From positions 1 through 64,000 of IMG/VR virus record IMGVR_UViG_3300020577_010124: 64,000 bases of DNA; one strand, written 5' to 3'. Source of the DNA: a virus (Duplodnaviria > Caudoviricetes). The notes under the pieces are model-generated. The model was not told the DNA's origin. It saw nothing but the letters and a program-made list of their open reading frames with translations, and made no database searches. Within the stretch, counting starts at the first letter, position 1; each line of letters begins with the position of its first letter. Below are positions 18,204-31,200 of the stretch, piece by piece. Both the position numbers and the translations under genes were made by a program.

Positions 18204-20057
18204 ATGCCATCAGCAGTAAAAATAGTAAGAACTTTGAAAGAGCTTGTAGATGTAGCCGTCTCGTCTCCGAGCAGCGGACAAGCTCTTGTATATAATTCAA
18301 CAACCCAAAAATGGGAGAACGCTAACGTTTCAGGAACAGGAGACGGTAGTAGTGGTTTCTCAGGATATAGCAGTCGTTCGGGTTTTAGTGGTTATTCAAG
18401 TACATCAGGTTTTTCTGGTTATAGTTCTACTTCTGGCTTTAGTGGATATAGCTCAACAAGTGGGTTGTCAGGTTTTAGCGGGTACTCCGCCGCAAGCGGA
18501 TTTTCTGGTTATAGTGGCAGATCAGGAGCAGGCGGCGCTCCAGGTCCGCAAGGGTTTCCAGGCGGAGATAGTTTATATATTTTCTACAATGATAATCACG
18601 CAGGAGTTGATCCAGGTGAAGGATATTTTACTTCTGATGATGGAGATTTTACATCAACAAGTGCTCTTAATTTTAGTTATACAGATGGACTCGGAACAAA
18701 TGTAATTGATTGGGTTAGAGCGCTTGATGATAGTACAAATAGTATAAAAGGTGTTCTTCGATTTTATACTATTGGCGATTATACGCAATATGTTGATTTT
18801 TATATTACTGGGGTTCTGACGGATCATACAACCTATGCGACTCTTCAAGTAGGTTTCTCAAGCGGTACATTAGCATCTGCGCCTCCCGCTGAAACTGAAA
18901 TGATTGTTAGTTTTGTAAGAATAGGAGATTCTGGTCGTAGTGGCTATTCTGGTTATAGTGGTAAATCAGGTTTCTCTGGATATTCAGGTGCAGGAGGATC
19001 AGGTTTCTCTGGTTATAGCGGAGCAGGAACTTCTGGTTTTTCGGGTTATTCTGGTAATGGTAGCTCAGGTTTTAGTGGTTATTCAGGCGCTGGTGGTTCT
19101 GGATTTTCAGGTTATAGCGGAGCAGGTGGATCTGGATTTAGTGGTTACTCTGGAACAGGTATATCAGGTTTTTCTGGTTATTCAGGAGGGGGAATTTCGG
19201 GCTTTAGTGGTTATTCTTCTATAAGCTCAAGCGGTTTTTCGGGATATTCTGGCACTGGTGGATCAGGATTCTCGGGATATTCTGGCGCTGGTGGTTCTGG
19301 CTTTTCAGGTTATAGTGGAGCAGGCGGATCTGGATTTAGTGGTTACTCTGGAAATGGAATAAGCGGTTTTTCAGGTTATTCAAGCGTTGGCGTATCTGGA
19401 TTTTCAGGTTATTCTGGCCAAAGCGGTTTTTCAGGCTATAGTGGTAGGTCTGGCTTTAGTGGTTATAGTTCTATTTCAGGTTTTTCAGGTTATTCAGCAG
19501 CGTCAGGTTTTAGTGGTTATAGCGGAAAGAGTGGATATTCAGGTTATTCTGGGCTTTCTGGTTTTAGTGGTATGTCGTCTTCTACAACTCCTGCTTATGG
19601 AGAAATACTTTATACAGGCGATGGAGTTAGCGGTTGGACTTATGATGGTTCGGGAGATTGGGACGTAATAGATGGTCTTGGAGCGGGATCGTCTTCTTCA
19701 ACAACTTTATCAACATCTTCGATTACTGCAAACTCTAGCGGAGCTTTTTTAGTAACTTGTAGTCTTTCTTTTAGAGCTACTTCAGAGGAAGATTCCTATA
19801 TATTTGCTATATTCAAGAATGGCTCTGTAACAAATATATCTACAAGAAATTGGACAGAATATAACAATGGAGCTACTTCTTATTTTTCTGTATCTCTAAC
19901 AGGTATTCTTGTTCTAGCTGCCGATGACTATATAGAGGTTCGAGCTAAAAATCTAACCGATACAGACAATATTAATCTTTGGAGAGCCAATTTTGCGCTT
20001 TCTGCGATTGGTTCTAGTTCTGATAGTTCTTTGTCAGCACTATGGTTTATGGGGTGA
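18204..20057 (+). CDS. SGFSGY-repeat fibre protein with C-terminal BclA-C/C1q-like domain
   Basis: Same N-terminal anchor motif, one knob domain, repeats; C-terminal AYGEI..SITANSSGAFLVTCSLSF..FAIFKNG..SLTGILVLAADDYIEV pattern. Confidence 0.7.
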   Translation: MPSAVKIVRTLKELVDVAVSSPSSGQALVYNSTTQKWENANVSGTGDGSSGFSGYSSRSGFSGYSSTSGFSGYSSTSGFSGYSSTSGLSGFSGYSAASGFSGYSGRSGAGGAPGPQGFPGGDSLYIFYNDNHAGVDPGEGYFTSDDGDFTSTSALNFSYTDGLGTNVIDWVRALDDSTNSIKGVLRFYTIGDYTQYVDFYITGVLTDHTTYATLQVGFSSGTLASAPPAETEMIVSFVRIGDSGRSGYSGYSGKSGFSGYSGAGGSGFSGYSGAGTSGFSGYSGNGSSGFSGYSGAGGSGFSGYSGAGGSGFSGYSGTGISGFSGYSGGGISGFSGYSSISSSGFSGYSGTGGSGFSGYSGAGGSGFSGYSGAGGSGFSGYSGNGISGFSGYSSVGVSGFSGYSGQSGFSGYSGRSGFSGYSSISGFSGYSAASGFSGYSGKSGYSGYSGLSGFSGMSSSTTPAYGEILYTGDGVSGWTYDGSGDWDVIDGLGAGSSSSTTLSTSSITANSSGAFLVTCSLSFRATSEEDSYIFAIFKNGSVTNISTRNWTEYNNGATSYFSVSLTGILVLAADDYIEVRAKNLTDTDNINLWRANFALSAIGSSSDSSLSALWFMG

Positions 20058-20059
20058 AA

Positions 20060-20875
20060 ATGGGACTAAATAGTGGCTATATTGGTATTGATAAACGAAC
20101 AACGAAAGCTGGCGTTATCAGTTCTCAAAAGCACTACCTTCAAAGAATTGGAGGCTCGTTTAGTTCTGCTCTTTTTACTCCAACCAATCAATCTGGGTTA
20201 TTGCTTTGGATGGATTCATCTAATCTTGGACTTGCTAATAATGATGCAGTAAATGCTTGGAATCCTCGCGGCGGAGATTCTGCTCAATCTGCAAATATTG
20301 TAGGCTCTCCAAGTCCAACTTATAAAACTGCTGTTTTGAATGGACTAGGAGTTGTTGAATTTGTTGCAGGAGAAGGAAGAGTTCGAGGGGTGCTTACTGA
20401 TACAGGAACAACTTATACTATAGTTGCTTTGGCTAGATTAACAACTGGAAGTGCTAATAGAGTGTTTTCTGGTGTTTATATGCCTCGTAACTGGCTTCTT
20501 GGCTGGCATGCTTCTAAAAGTGTTCTAACAGGATATGCAGGTGCATTTCTTGATCCTGGCGGTAGCGCAAATGATACTAATTGGAGAATTATTTCTTTTA
20601 CTCAATCAGGATCTTCAGGAATATTATATGAGTTTGGGGTATCTACTGGATCAAGTTCTGGTCTTACTGATAGACTAGGAGATAAGTTTGCCTTTAGCGG
20701 ATATGATGCCTCTGGAACTTTAGAGACAACTTCTTGTCAAATTGCTGAGTTTATTGTATATAATAGCGCATTAGTTACGCTTGATAGGCAAGTAATTGAG
20801 GGTTATGTTGCTTGGAAGTGGGGCTTAAATTCCAGTCTTTCTGTTAGTCATCCATATTACGGCGGTCCACCATAA
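20060..20875 (+). CDS. ConA/LamG-like lectin-fold protein
   Basis: FTPT..SGLLLWMD..PTYKT..LNGLGVV.F..IAEFIVYN.AL...RQVIEGYVAWKWGL. Confidence 0.65.
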   Translation: MGLNSGYIGIDKRTTKAGVISSQKHYLQRIGGSFSSALFTPTNQSGLLLWMDSSNLGLANNDAVNAWNPRGGDSAQSANIVGSPSPTYKTAVLNGLGVVEFVAGEGRVRGVLTDTGTTYTIVALARLTTGSANRVFSGVYMPRNWLLGWHASKSVLTGYAGAFLDPGGSANDTNWRIISFTQSGSSGILYEFGVSTGSSSGLTDRLGDKFAFSGYDASGTLETTSCQIAEFIVYNSALVTLDRQVIEGYVAWKWGLNSSLSVSHPYYGGPP

Positions 20876-21204
20876 TGCCACAAACATTCAAATCAATATG
20901 TAGTAATCTTTCTTCAACATCTCTTACGAGTTTGTATACTGTAGCTTCGTCAACAACGGCCATAGTAAAGAGTTTGTATATTGGAAATGTTGACGCTTCA
21001 AACTCGTCAACGATTGACGTATGTATTCGAAAAAGTGGCGGCGGAGCCGATGTTTACATTATCAAAACGGCTCTAGTTCCAATACAATCTTCTTTGCAAG
21101 TTATTACCGAACCTATAGTTTTAGAGGATGGAGATGTATTAAAGGTAAAAGCTGCTGATTCTAATAGACTAGACGTATCGCTTTCGTACTTAGAGATAAC
21201 CTAA
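20875..21204 (+). CDS. Small virion beta-protein
   Basis: LYTVASSTTAIVKSLYIGN..IVLEDGDVLKV..SYLEIT, a common fibre-associated small protein pattern. Confidence 0.55.
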   Translation: MPQTFKSICSNLSSTSLTSLYTVASSTTAIVKSLYIGNVDASNSSTIDVCIRKSGGGADVYIIKTALVPIQSSLQVITEPIVLEDGDVLKVKAADSNRLDVSLSYLEIT

Positions 21205-22193
21205 TGCCAACAACGCAAACTATTTCAATCAATCTTGGAACTCCTTTTGCTGGACTTGATCTTGCTGCTCAGCTTATCAAATCAGACGGAACCAATATAA
21301 CTTCTCTTATTACGGATGGCTTTGTTGAAATCGGAGAAGGCTTCTATATTTGGGAGTACACGAACTTTCCTACGAATTTTCGCGGAGGAGTAAAGTTTTA
21401 TGATCAAGCAGATACATCCAAGGTAATCTCGTTCATTGACACAGAAAGCTTGTCAACTGCTTGCGGATGTAACGAAGCCTGCGTTACTGACTTCGATACT
21501 AAGTTTGAAATTACATATGAAGATCAACCATCTTTGACTTTTTATGCCGTTCTCTTTTCTGCCCAAGAACCAAGCAAGGCCTGGAAAGTGTCAACAGGCA
21601 CGTTTGAGACATACACCTTAGCGGCCCAAAGCTCTTTTGTTATACCGCTTGCCGAAGATTCTCAAAGAATTGGATGGTATAGCTATACAATCAATGACTT
21701 GACTAATATCCCTATCGTGGTAGGAAGTGAATATTATTCTATAGAGGTTTGGCGACAAAAAGGCGCGTCTCCAAGTAGAAATATAGATTGTCTTGCAGGA
21801 ACGCTAAAAGTCTGTTGGGGCAAAGCGAATAGCGAGTTTTTGGAGATTGCCAAGAAAGTATGGGAATATGGAACTCGAACTCTTACAAGCTCTGCCATAA
21901 CTCCTCAACAGATTTGGGAGTATACTTCAAGAACGCTTACAGCAGGCGGCGTAGTGGACTGCGATTTTACGCAACTTGAACAGCATATTTTGGCAGCTAT
22001 ACTTGTTTCTACAGGAAAAACTCTTGACGAGCTTACGAGAGTAGATCAAGAATTGGGCGCAAGCATAGATAAGACTTTTGAGCTTTTGAAGACTTGTTGC
22101 GCAGCTAAAACACATAACTTGCCAAACGTACAAACTCCTCGTATTGGTCCAAGAGGATCAAGAGGTGGTAATCCTGGCATAAAGTTTGGATAA
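21204..22193 (+). CDS. Virion-associated protein; N-domain paralogous to 43366..43773
   Basis: Shared LAAQL..DGT..FVEIG.G.Y.W.Y..FP..FRGGVKFY; two (V/I)WEY..RTLT repeats. Confidence 0.55.
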   Translation: MPTTQTISINLGTPFAGLDLAAQLIKSDGTNITSLITDGFVEIGEGFYIWEYTNFPTNFRGGVKFYDQADTSKVISFIDTESLSTACGCNEACVTDFDTKFEITYEDQPSLTFYAVLFSAQEPSKAWKVSTGTFETYTLAAQSSFVIPLAEDSQRIGWYSYTINDLTNIPIVVGSEYYSIEVWRQKGASPSRNIDCLAGTLKVCWGKANSEFLEIAKKVWEYGTRTLTSSAITPQQIWEYTSRTLTAGGVVDCDFTQLEQHILAAILVSTGKTLDELTRVDQELGASIDKTFELLKTCCAAKTHNLPNVQTPRIGPRGSRGGNPGIKFG

Positions 22194-22254
22194 GTAGTGT
22201 AGACATTCTGTGTTGTTGACAGTCTTCCGATATACTTTATACGGAAACTGAAAC

Positions 22255-25200
22255 TTGAATACAGACCCACGAAAAATTAAATATTCGATTGTTATTCCTA
22301 CCTACAATCATCTTGAAGATTGTCTCAAGCCTTGCCTTGAAAGCATAATCAAGTATACTGACTTGTCAAATGTTGAAGTTATCATTGTGGCAAATGGCTG
22401 CAATGATCGTACTTCGCAATACGTAAATAGCTTAGGCGATCCGTTCAAACTTATTTGGATGGATAAGCCTTCAGGTTACATAAAACCAACGAACGAAGGT
22501 ATACGCCAATCAAAAGGCGAGTATATCGTATTGCTCAATAACGATATTGTGCTTTGTAATCAACAAAAAAACGTTTGGCTTCAAATGCTAGAGAAGCCAT
22601 TTGAAAATCCTAAAACTGGCATATCTGGACCATACAAAGATATTAGATTTGCTTGGGATGATAACAAAATAACGTTTCGTCAACACTATATGGTTTTTTA
22701 TTGCGCAATGGTGCGAAAGCAAACGTTCCAAGAGCTAGGTTTGCTGGATGAAGGATTTGGTCTTGGATATGAAGAGGATATTGATTTTTGTATACGCTTG
22801 GAAAACTCAGGTCTATCTTTGGTTCAAGTTCCAGAAGATATGCATTATGATCTAAATATTACAAAAGATTATTTGATTCATAATCCAAATATCAATACCA
22901 AATTCCCTATTTATCACAAAGATAAGATAACTTTTCAGGAAATTACACATGACAGCACTAGAGAGCCAAATCTATTGCTAAGGAAACATCAAATGATCCC
23001 TAAATATTCGATTATCATTCCAACATATAACCATCTCGAAGATTGTTTGAAGCCTTGTCTTGAAAGCATAATCAAGCATACGGATCTTACCAACGTAGAA
23101 GTTATCATTGTGGCAAATGGATGCACAGATGGTACAAGAGACTATGTTCATAGTTTAGGGCATCCTTTTAAGTTGTTGTGGATAGACGAACCTTCGGGAT
23201 ATACTAAATCAACTAACGAAGGCATCAAAGTCGCTATGGGCGAGTATGTCATACTTGTTAATAACGATATGGTGTTCTTGTCTCAAGAAAAGAGTCGTTG
23301 GATTTCGATGCTAGAGGCTCCATTTTTGTCAGATAAATCAGTTGGTATAACAGGCGCAGCAAAGAACTTTCATGAAGAAACTCAATTCAACTTTCTGTTG
23401 TTCTTTTGTGTTATGATTAAGTGGGAGACAATCAAGAAATTCGGATTGCTTGACGAGATATTTAATCCTGGATATGGAGAAGATATTGATTATTGTTGGA
23501 AGCTTCATAATGCAGGTTTGAAGGTTGTTCAAGTTCCAAATGATGCTTCATTCTCCAAGGTTCGAGACGCAGAAGATCATGTTATTTATTTTCCGATATG
23601 GCATAAATCAAGCCAGACAGTTCATAGCGTACCAGGATGGTCGGAAATAGTTGCGAGAAACGAAAGAATACTTATGGATAGATACGGAAAATACCCTAAT
23701 AGAAGAATACTCCCTGAATGGGAAAAAGCTCTCGATGCAGGGCAAAAAATAGAAGCTGAACTCAATGAAAGAACCAAACTAACTGTTGTTAGCAAAGAGT
23801 CTTTGGACGGTATTTTCCGTGATGAATCTGTTGTTGCCAATTCTGTCAAGAAAGATAGACCAATCATTTCTTCTTATAATGACATCTATTCTTATGTTTT
23901 AGATGTTGGTTCTAAGCATGCAGGCTTTTTTGGAGCTAAATATACAGGAGGATATTGTCTACAACAAAACCCAGAAGAGATAAGTCGTTTTCTTTTTGAT
24001 TTCAAAGATCTTGATATAAAGAACTATTTGGAGATTGGATGTGCAGACGGAGGTGTTACGAGACTTCTTTGCGACGTTCTGAAAATAGAGAATGTTTACA
24101 CTATTGACCTTGGATGGAAAGACGGCGACAATCCCAATTCTTATAGAGATGGAATAGACAATCTAAAGAATTCGGGCAAGATAAACATTTTTAGAGGCAA
24201 TAGTCACTCTAAAGAAGCAGAACAATTCCTAGAGGAATCAGGTAAGCAGTTTGATGTTATTTTTATTGACGCTGACCATACTTTTGAAGCTGTAATGAGA
24301 GATACCGCTCTTGCCGTAAAATATGCAAAGCCAAATACTATTTTTGTTTATCATGATCATGCATTTGTTGAGGGAGTTTATCGCTTCTTCCAACACCTAC
24401 TTAAGCCAAATGAGTTCAACTTGACGTTTATAAACGATTATGTACACTCAGATCCTCAAGTCCGAAAGGGACTGGCTGTTTTTCGTTTTGAAGGTAAGCC
24501 TCAAACTCAAAAGCCAAAGGTCTACGATTGCTTTACGTTCTATAATGAGTTTGATTTGCTTGAAATACGTTTGAACGAACTAGATAGCGTTGTTGATAAG
24601 TTTGTTCTTGTAGAAGCCAAGCATAGTTTTCAAGGCAAACCAAAGCCTCTCTATTTCAGAGACAACAAAGAGCGATTCAAAAAATTCTTACACAAGATAG
24701 AGCATGTTATTGTTGATGAGTTTCCTCCAACAGATAATCACTGGCACCGAGAACATTTTCAGCGAAACGCTATTGTTCGAGGATTGAATGGTTGTAAAGA
24801 CAATGACATTATCATTATCTCAGATGTTGACGAGATACCTAGAAGCAATGTTATTGAAAGATACAATCCTGCTCATGGTATTGTAAATCTTGCTCAAGAT
24901 GTTTTTTACTATTATTTCAATTGCAAATGTCATAATAATTGGGTTCAACCTAAGATATTGACATATGCTATTCTAAAAACAACAAGTCCAGAAGAAGTTC
25001 GACATCTTCATGGTAAGGCTCATCTTCCATTGATGGAAAACGCAGGATGGCATTTTTCTTACTTAGGTAATGTTGATTGGATTATCAATAAGATAGAGTC
25101 TTTTAGTCATACAGAATACAATACAGACGAGTTCAAAAACAAAGAGCATGTTCTTCGTTGTATCGCTAACGGTAAAGATTTGTTCAATCGCTTCGATCCT

Positions 25201-28200
25201 ACATTTGTAGAAGTTGATGATAGTTTTCCTGAATACCTCAAAGATAATCTTTTGAGATTTGCCTCTAAAGGACTAGTTAAGTCTCTTGGTTCTAATCAAC
25301 TACCTGAAGGATGGTTTGGGGATAAGGATATTGAAGTTTATAGAAAGATAGTATCTTTCTTGCCCGAAGGAAGCTCAATGGCAGAAGTCGGTGTATGGAA
25401 GGGTAGATCTTTGTGTTCTTTGGAAGATATTATAAAGAACAGATCTCTTAGCGTTACTGCTGTTGATAATTTTGCAGGATCTATTGCCGAATCTGTTATT
25501 GCTGAAATGGCGCAAAAAGAAAACATCAAGCTAACATTCCAAAAGAATATAATCAACTATGGTTTACAAAACAACATTGTAGTTATTGATAAGCCGTCTG
25601 AAGAAGCAGCCAAACTGGTTGCTGACGATTCTTTGGCTTTGATTTTTATTGATGCAGATCATACTTATGATAGCGTATCTCAGGATATTTCTTTCTGGCT
25701 TCCAAAGCTAAAAGCAGGCGGAATAATAGCAGGCCACGATTTTATGTATTCGCCTGGCGTTCGTCAAGCTGTTATTGAATGGTTTGAGGGTAAGTTCACT
25801 GTTGATGGTAACATATGGTATGCAGGTAAAGAGTCTGTAAAAATTCCATCTCCTAAGAAAACTCCTAAATATTCGATTGTTATTCCTACCTATAACCATC
25901 TTGAAGATTGCTTGAAACCTTGTCTTGAGAGTTTGAAAAAGTATACAGAACTATCAACAGTTGAGGTTATTGTTGTAGCTAATGGATGTACAGATGGTAC
26001 AAAAGCTTATGTTGAAAGCCTAGGCGATCCATTTAAGCTTATCTGGATGGACAAGCCTTCGGGATACATAAAGCCAACGAATCTTGGCATCAAATCTGCC
26101 AAAGGCGAGTATGTAATTCTGCTTAATAATGATACCGAACTAAATCCTCAGCATAAAAATTTCTGGATTGACATACTTGAGAAGCCATTTATTGACAACC
26201 CTTCGGTTGGTATTTCTGGCCCAAGAAAAGCTTGGAATGAATGCGTTGAGCATGAATATTTAATTTTCTTCTGCGTTATGATGAGAAGATCATTGTTTGA
26301 AGAAATAGGATTACTTGACGAGTCATTTGGAATTGGATATCATGAGGATATTGATTTTTGTATCAATGCTCAAAAGGCTGGGTATAAACTCGCCGAAGTC
26401 CCTTATGATGTAACATATACCAAAGAAAACATGGGCAATGAGGGTAGAGACTGTCCATTCCCTATGAGACATGCGGGAGGTTCTACCTTCTGGGAAATCT
26501 ATCATAATCGCCAAGAAGAAAGACTAAAAGCAAATACTCAGCGACTACTTGAAAAATATAAACCCCATCCAAGAGTTTATGATTGTTTTTCATTCTTCAA
26601 TGAGCTAGACGTACTTGAGATACGACTGAATGAACTAGATAGCGTTGTTGATAGATTTGTTTTGGTAGAAGCAAGGTATACCCATCAAGGGCAGCCTAAG
26701 CCTTTATATTTTGAGCAAAACAAAGAACGATTCAAAAAATTCTTACACAAGATAGAGCATGTTATTGTTGATGATTTTCCTGAAACAGATGATACATGGG
26801 TACGAGAACCATATCAGAGAAATTGCGCCTATAGAGGTCTTAAGAATTGCAAAGATAATGATATAATCATTCTCTCTGATATTGACGAGATTCCTAGAGC
26901 TAGCGCTGTTAAACAGTATAAACCAGAAATGGGGTTGACATGCATACAGACAAATCTGTATTCATATAAATTAAACTACCTTTGTCCAATAAAGTGGTAC
27001 AAGCTTCGTATTTTTACCTTTGCTGAAATCAAAGGAGGCGATCTTCAGCAGTTTAGAGGAAGTCGAGATTACGATTACAAAACAACGATTGAGAATGGCG
27101 GATGGCATTTTAGTTTTATTGGTAATAAAGAGCATATTATTCAGAAAATTGAAAGCTATGCTCACGTAGAATTCAATAATGATGAAGTAAAGAACGATCA
27201 AAACGTTGCTAATGCTATCAATAAAGGACAAGATGTATTTGGTAGGGGTATTCAGTTTACCGCTGTAGAGATTGACGATTCGTTCCCTCAATTTGTACGC
27301 GATAATTTAGAGTATTACAAGAGTAAAGATCTTATAGCAGAAACTAAAACTAAATTGCAGAAGTTCCATGACATTCTATTAGCTTCTAACTGGGGAGTTT
27401 TTAACGAGATATACAATCTAGATGTATATAAAATGGAAGAAAAAGATGTTAGAAACAAAACAGTTATAGACGTAGGTGCTTTTCATGGGCATTTTGCTTT
27501 TAGAGCTTTAGAGATGGGAGCTAATAGCGTTTATTGTTTTGAGCCTCAACCAGATAATTATGTTCGCTTTATTCGCAACTGTGAAGCATATGTTTCTATT
27601 TATGGAGATAAGCCCAAGGTTGATGCAAATAATCTTGCCGTATGGGATGGTTCTTGTCCGCAAATGAATATTTCCGCAAGCGAGGATGGAAGTTGTTTTT
27701 GGGGAAATAGAGATACAAAAACGGTATCATGCGTTTCTTTGAATGAAGTTATGAAAAACATAGGCTTCTCTGGCGATATGGTTTTGAAACTAGATTGCGA
27801 AGGAGCAGAGTTTGAAATACTATACAATTCAAGCGCAAATATGATAAAGAGATTCTCTATCATATATCTAGAGATACATGATAATCTTAATCCTAAATAC
27901 ATAAACAAGAGCAAAGAGCTTTTGGGTTATATGGCAAACCTAGGCTTTGTTGTTGAAAGCATTGGACCTCAAGCTGGATGGTTTGGCGCAGACGGCTCAT
28001 TTACTCCTGCCCCTGTTATATGCGTCAAGTTGCGAAATACGTATCCATCTAAAGATGAAATAACTATTGGATATATAGATCATGACCAAGAGGTTTTTAG
28101 TAAATATCTAAAGCCAAGCCTTAGCAAGTCAGGTGTTTCTAGTATTTCAGTTTCTTCACAATCTTCGGGAGCAAAAAGTTACAACAAGATTTTGGATGAA

Positions 28201-31200
28201 GCTAAGACGAAGTACGTTTTGTTTTTGCATCAAGACGTTGGATTTGGTCCTGGATTGATTGAGGCGATAGAAAAATCAATAGAAGCGCATCCTAATTTTG
28301 GCGCAATGGGAATAGTTGGATTTGATTTTGCTAACAATACAATATGGTCAAGTCCAGATGTTTGTAAAGAAGTTGAAAGATTTGACGCATGTTGCTTGCT
28401 TGTAAATAAAGAGCATGGAATCAGATTTGATGAAAAGACTTTTGATGATTTGCATTTCTATGTTGAAGATTATTGTATGCAGACAATAGCTAGGGGTCTT
28501 AAAAACTACACGATGGCCTATCCGTCTTGGCAGTTTGACGAAGACGAAAGCTTCGATGTAAACAAGAAGTACATGAAGCATATTGGTAGTACCTACAAAA
28601 AGGCTGGTAATAAGATGTGGGGGAAATATGGAGAACATAGCCATAAATTCGCGGAAAAATGGAATAATCGACCAAAATACTCCATTATCATTCCTACCTA
28701 CAACCATCTTGAAGACGCTCTAAAGCCCTGTATCGAAAGTCTTTCTAGACATACAGACCTTTCCAACGTAGAGGTTATAGTTGTTGCAAATGGATGTGTA
28801 GACGGCACAAGAGACTATGTAAATTCTCTTGGAAATCCATTCAAGCTTCTTTGGATAGAAGAGCAAGCAGGATATACTCGCGCAACCAATGAGGGTATCA
28901 AAATCGCTAGAGGCGAATACATCATTCTACTCAATAATGATGTATATTTGCTAGATTATCAACAGAAGAACGAATGGATAGATTTGCTTGTTGAACCATT
29001 TCTGAAAGATTCCAAAGTTGGAATAACTGGACCTCTCAAGGGGCAATGTCCTTATAGAGATGCAGATAAGATCCCAGGCGACGATTTTATGATTTTCTTT
29101 TGCGTAATGATGCGAAAGAGTTTGTTCGATCAGATTGGCTTATTGGATGAGGATTTTAGTCCAGGGGCGGGCGAGGATACCGAGTTTAGTTGGAGAGCAA
29201 TTGACGCTGGATATAGCCTTGTTCAAGTTCCTCATAATGATAGTAATTTGCATGGAGCTACCAAGTATGCTAAAGGTATGTATCCAATGTTTCATCATTC
29301 AGGAAAAACAAGAGGCGATGACTTTGAGAGAGTCAAAATCAACAATGTTAAGTTACTTCAAAAGCTAAAAACAAAGAATCTGCGTATTCAATTTACTAAA
29401 GGCCATAAGCTAGATGGATTCTTTACAGCAGACATGGACAACCCTTTAGCGAATCTTATGCTTGACGCAAGAAAAATCAATCTTGCTAATGATAGCGTTA
29501 TTGAAATCATTTGCGACAAGTTCTTGGAGCGTTATTCTGAAAACGAGTTGTTTTCTGCCCTTTCAGAATGTCATAGAGTTTTGGTTTGTAAGGGCAAGGT
29601 TTCTTTGTCAACAAATGACGGAGGTAAGGATGTTTTTGTAAGTAATCTTTTGCGAGTTGGTTTTGTTGATGTAAAAGCAAACTACTCTAACGGAGTTACT
29701 TGGGTAAGCGCTACCAAGAAGGCGATTGATAAGCCAAAGGTTTATGATTGTTTTTCATTTTTCAATGAACTAGATTTGCTTGAGATACGATTGAATGAAC
29801 TAGGTCCATATGTTGATCATTTTGTTCTTTCAGAAATGACAGTAACTCATTCTGGCAAACCAAAGCCATTGTATTTTAACGAGAACAAAGAACGTTTCAA
29901 AAAATTCTGGCACAAGATAATCCATGTCATTGTTGATGACTGTCCAGACGCTAGCGACCCTTGGATAAGAGAGCATTTTCAAAGAGACGCAGTTGCTAAT
30001 GGTCTAGTCAAATGCAAAGACAACGATATCATAATCGTTTCAGATCTTGACGAAATCCCTAGAGGCTCGAAGATATCTCAGTATAAAGATCAAAAAGCTT
30101 GGATGTTCTTTGAGCAACATCAATACAACTACTATCTAAATATGAGCGTTGGCGTAAGTCCAATTACGCCAGGCACGTTCAGTCGTATAACAACATATAA
30201 GGCGTTAAAAGATATAGGTCTAAAGCCTACTGCTTTGAGATATGCTGAATGTATGGAGTCTGATAGAATTCCAGACGGTGGATGGCATTTTAGCTGGATG
30301 GGTGGGGCTGCAAACATAGTTACCAAACTAGAGTCTTGGGCGCATCAAGAACTAAATCGTCCTGAGTTTAAAGACGTACAAAAGATAGAAGATAACATAG
30401 AAAATGAAATTGAAGCTTTAGGCAGACCTGACGCTCCCCATAAACCCAGGTTCGTTGAAGTAGATTCAACGTTTCCTAAGTTCATTATTGATAACAAGCA
30501 ATCGTTTATAGACAAAAAACTAATAAAGGTTTGTAACGCAAAGCCAAAGGTCGCTATTGTAATGCCTTACTATAATGACTCTGAGCTTTTGGTCCGCTCG
30601 GTTATGGGAATAGTTGGACAGTCTTTTAGAGATTGGACATTGTTCTTGGTTGATGATGGATCTCAAGAGGATAAGAAGGCTAGAAAGGTTCTTGGTCAGC
30701 ATGTTGACAAAAGAATCGTAATAATAGATAAGCAAAACGGAGGCGTAAGTTCTGCAAGAAATGTTGCGCTAGAAAGGATACGATCTGACGGATCGTTTAC
30801 TCATGTTGCTTATTGTGATTCTGACGACATATGGACTGAAGGATATTTGCAATCTCAAGTCAATCATACGCAATTTTGCGATTTTAGCTATTCTGAAGTA
30901 GAACATGAGTACGATAACGGCTCGAAGGCATATCCAATAGGTATATTAAATCCTGACGAGTATCCTGGACTTGAGTACATGAAAAGTGCTGCGTTCATTT
31001 TTATATCAAGTGTTGTTCATAAGGTAAAGTGTTTGTCGGTTGGAGATTTTGATAGCTCAATCAACTCTATTGAAGATTGGGATATGTGGGTTCGTATGGC
31101 TAAGGAAGGCTATTCTTTCAAAAAGAATAAGTCTGCCAAAATCATTTATATTGTGAAAACTCAAAGCAATATGGCTTCCAAACGAACTCCTGAAATCTTT

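Noticed and set aside
8570-19668. Alternate-frame + strand ORFs (VDIQ/LVIQ-rich) inside the fibre genes
   Set aside because: Shadow ORFs produced by the repeat; no RBS and frequent stops.
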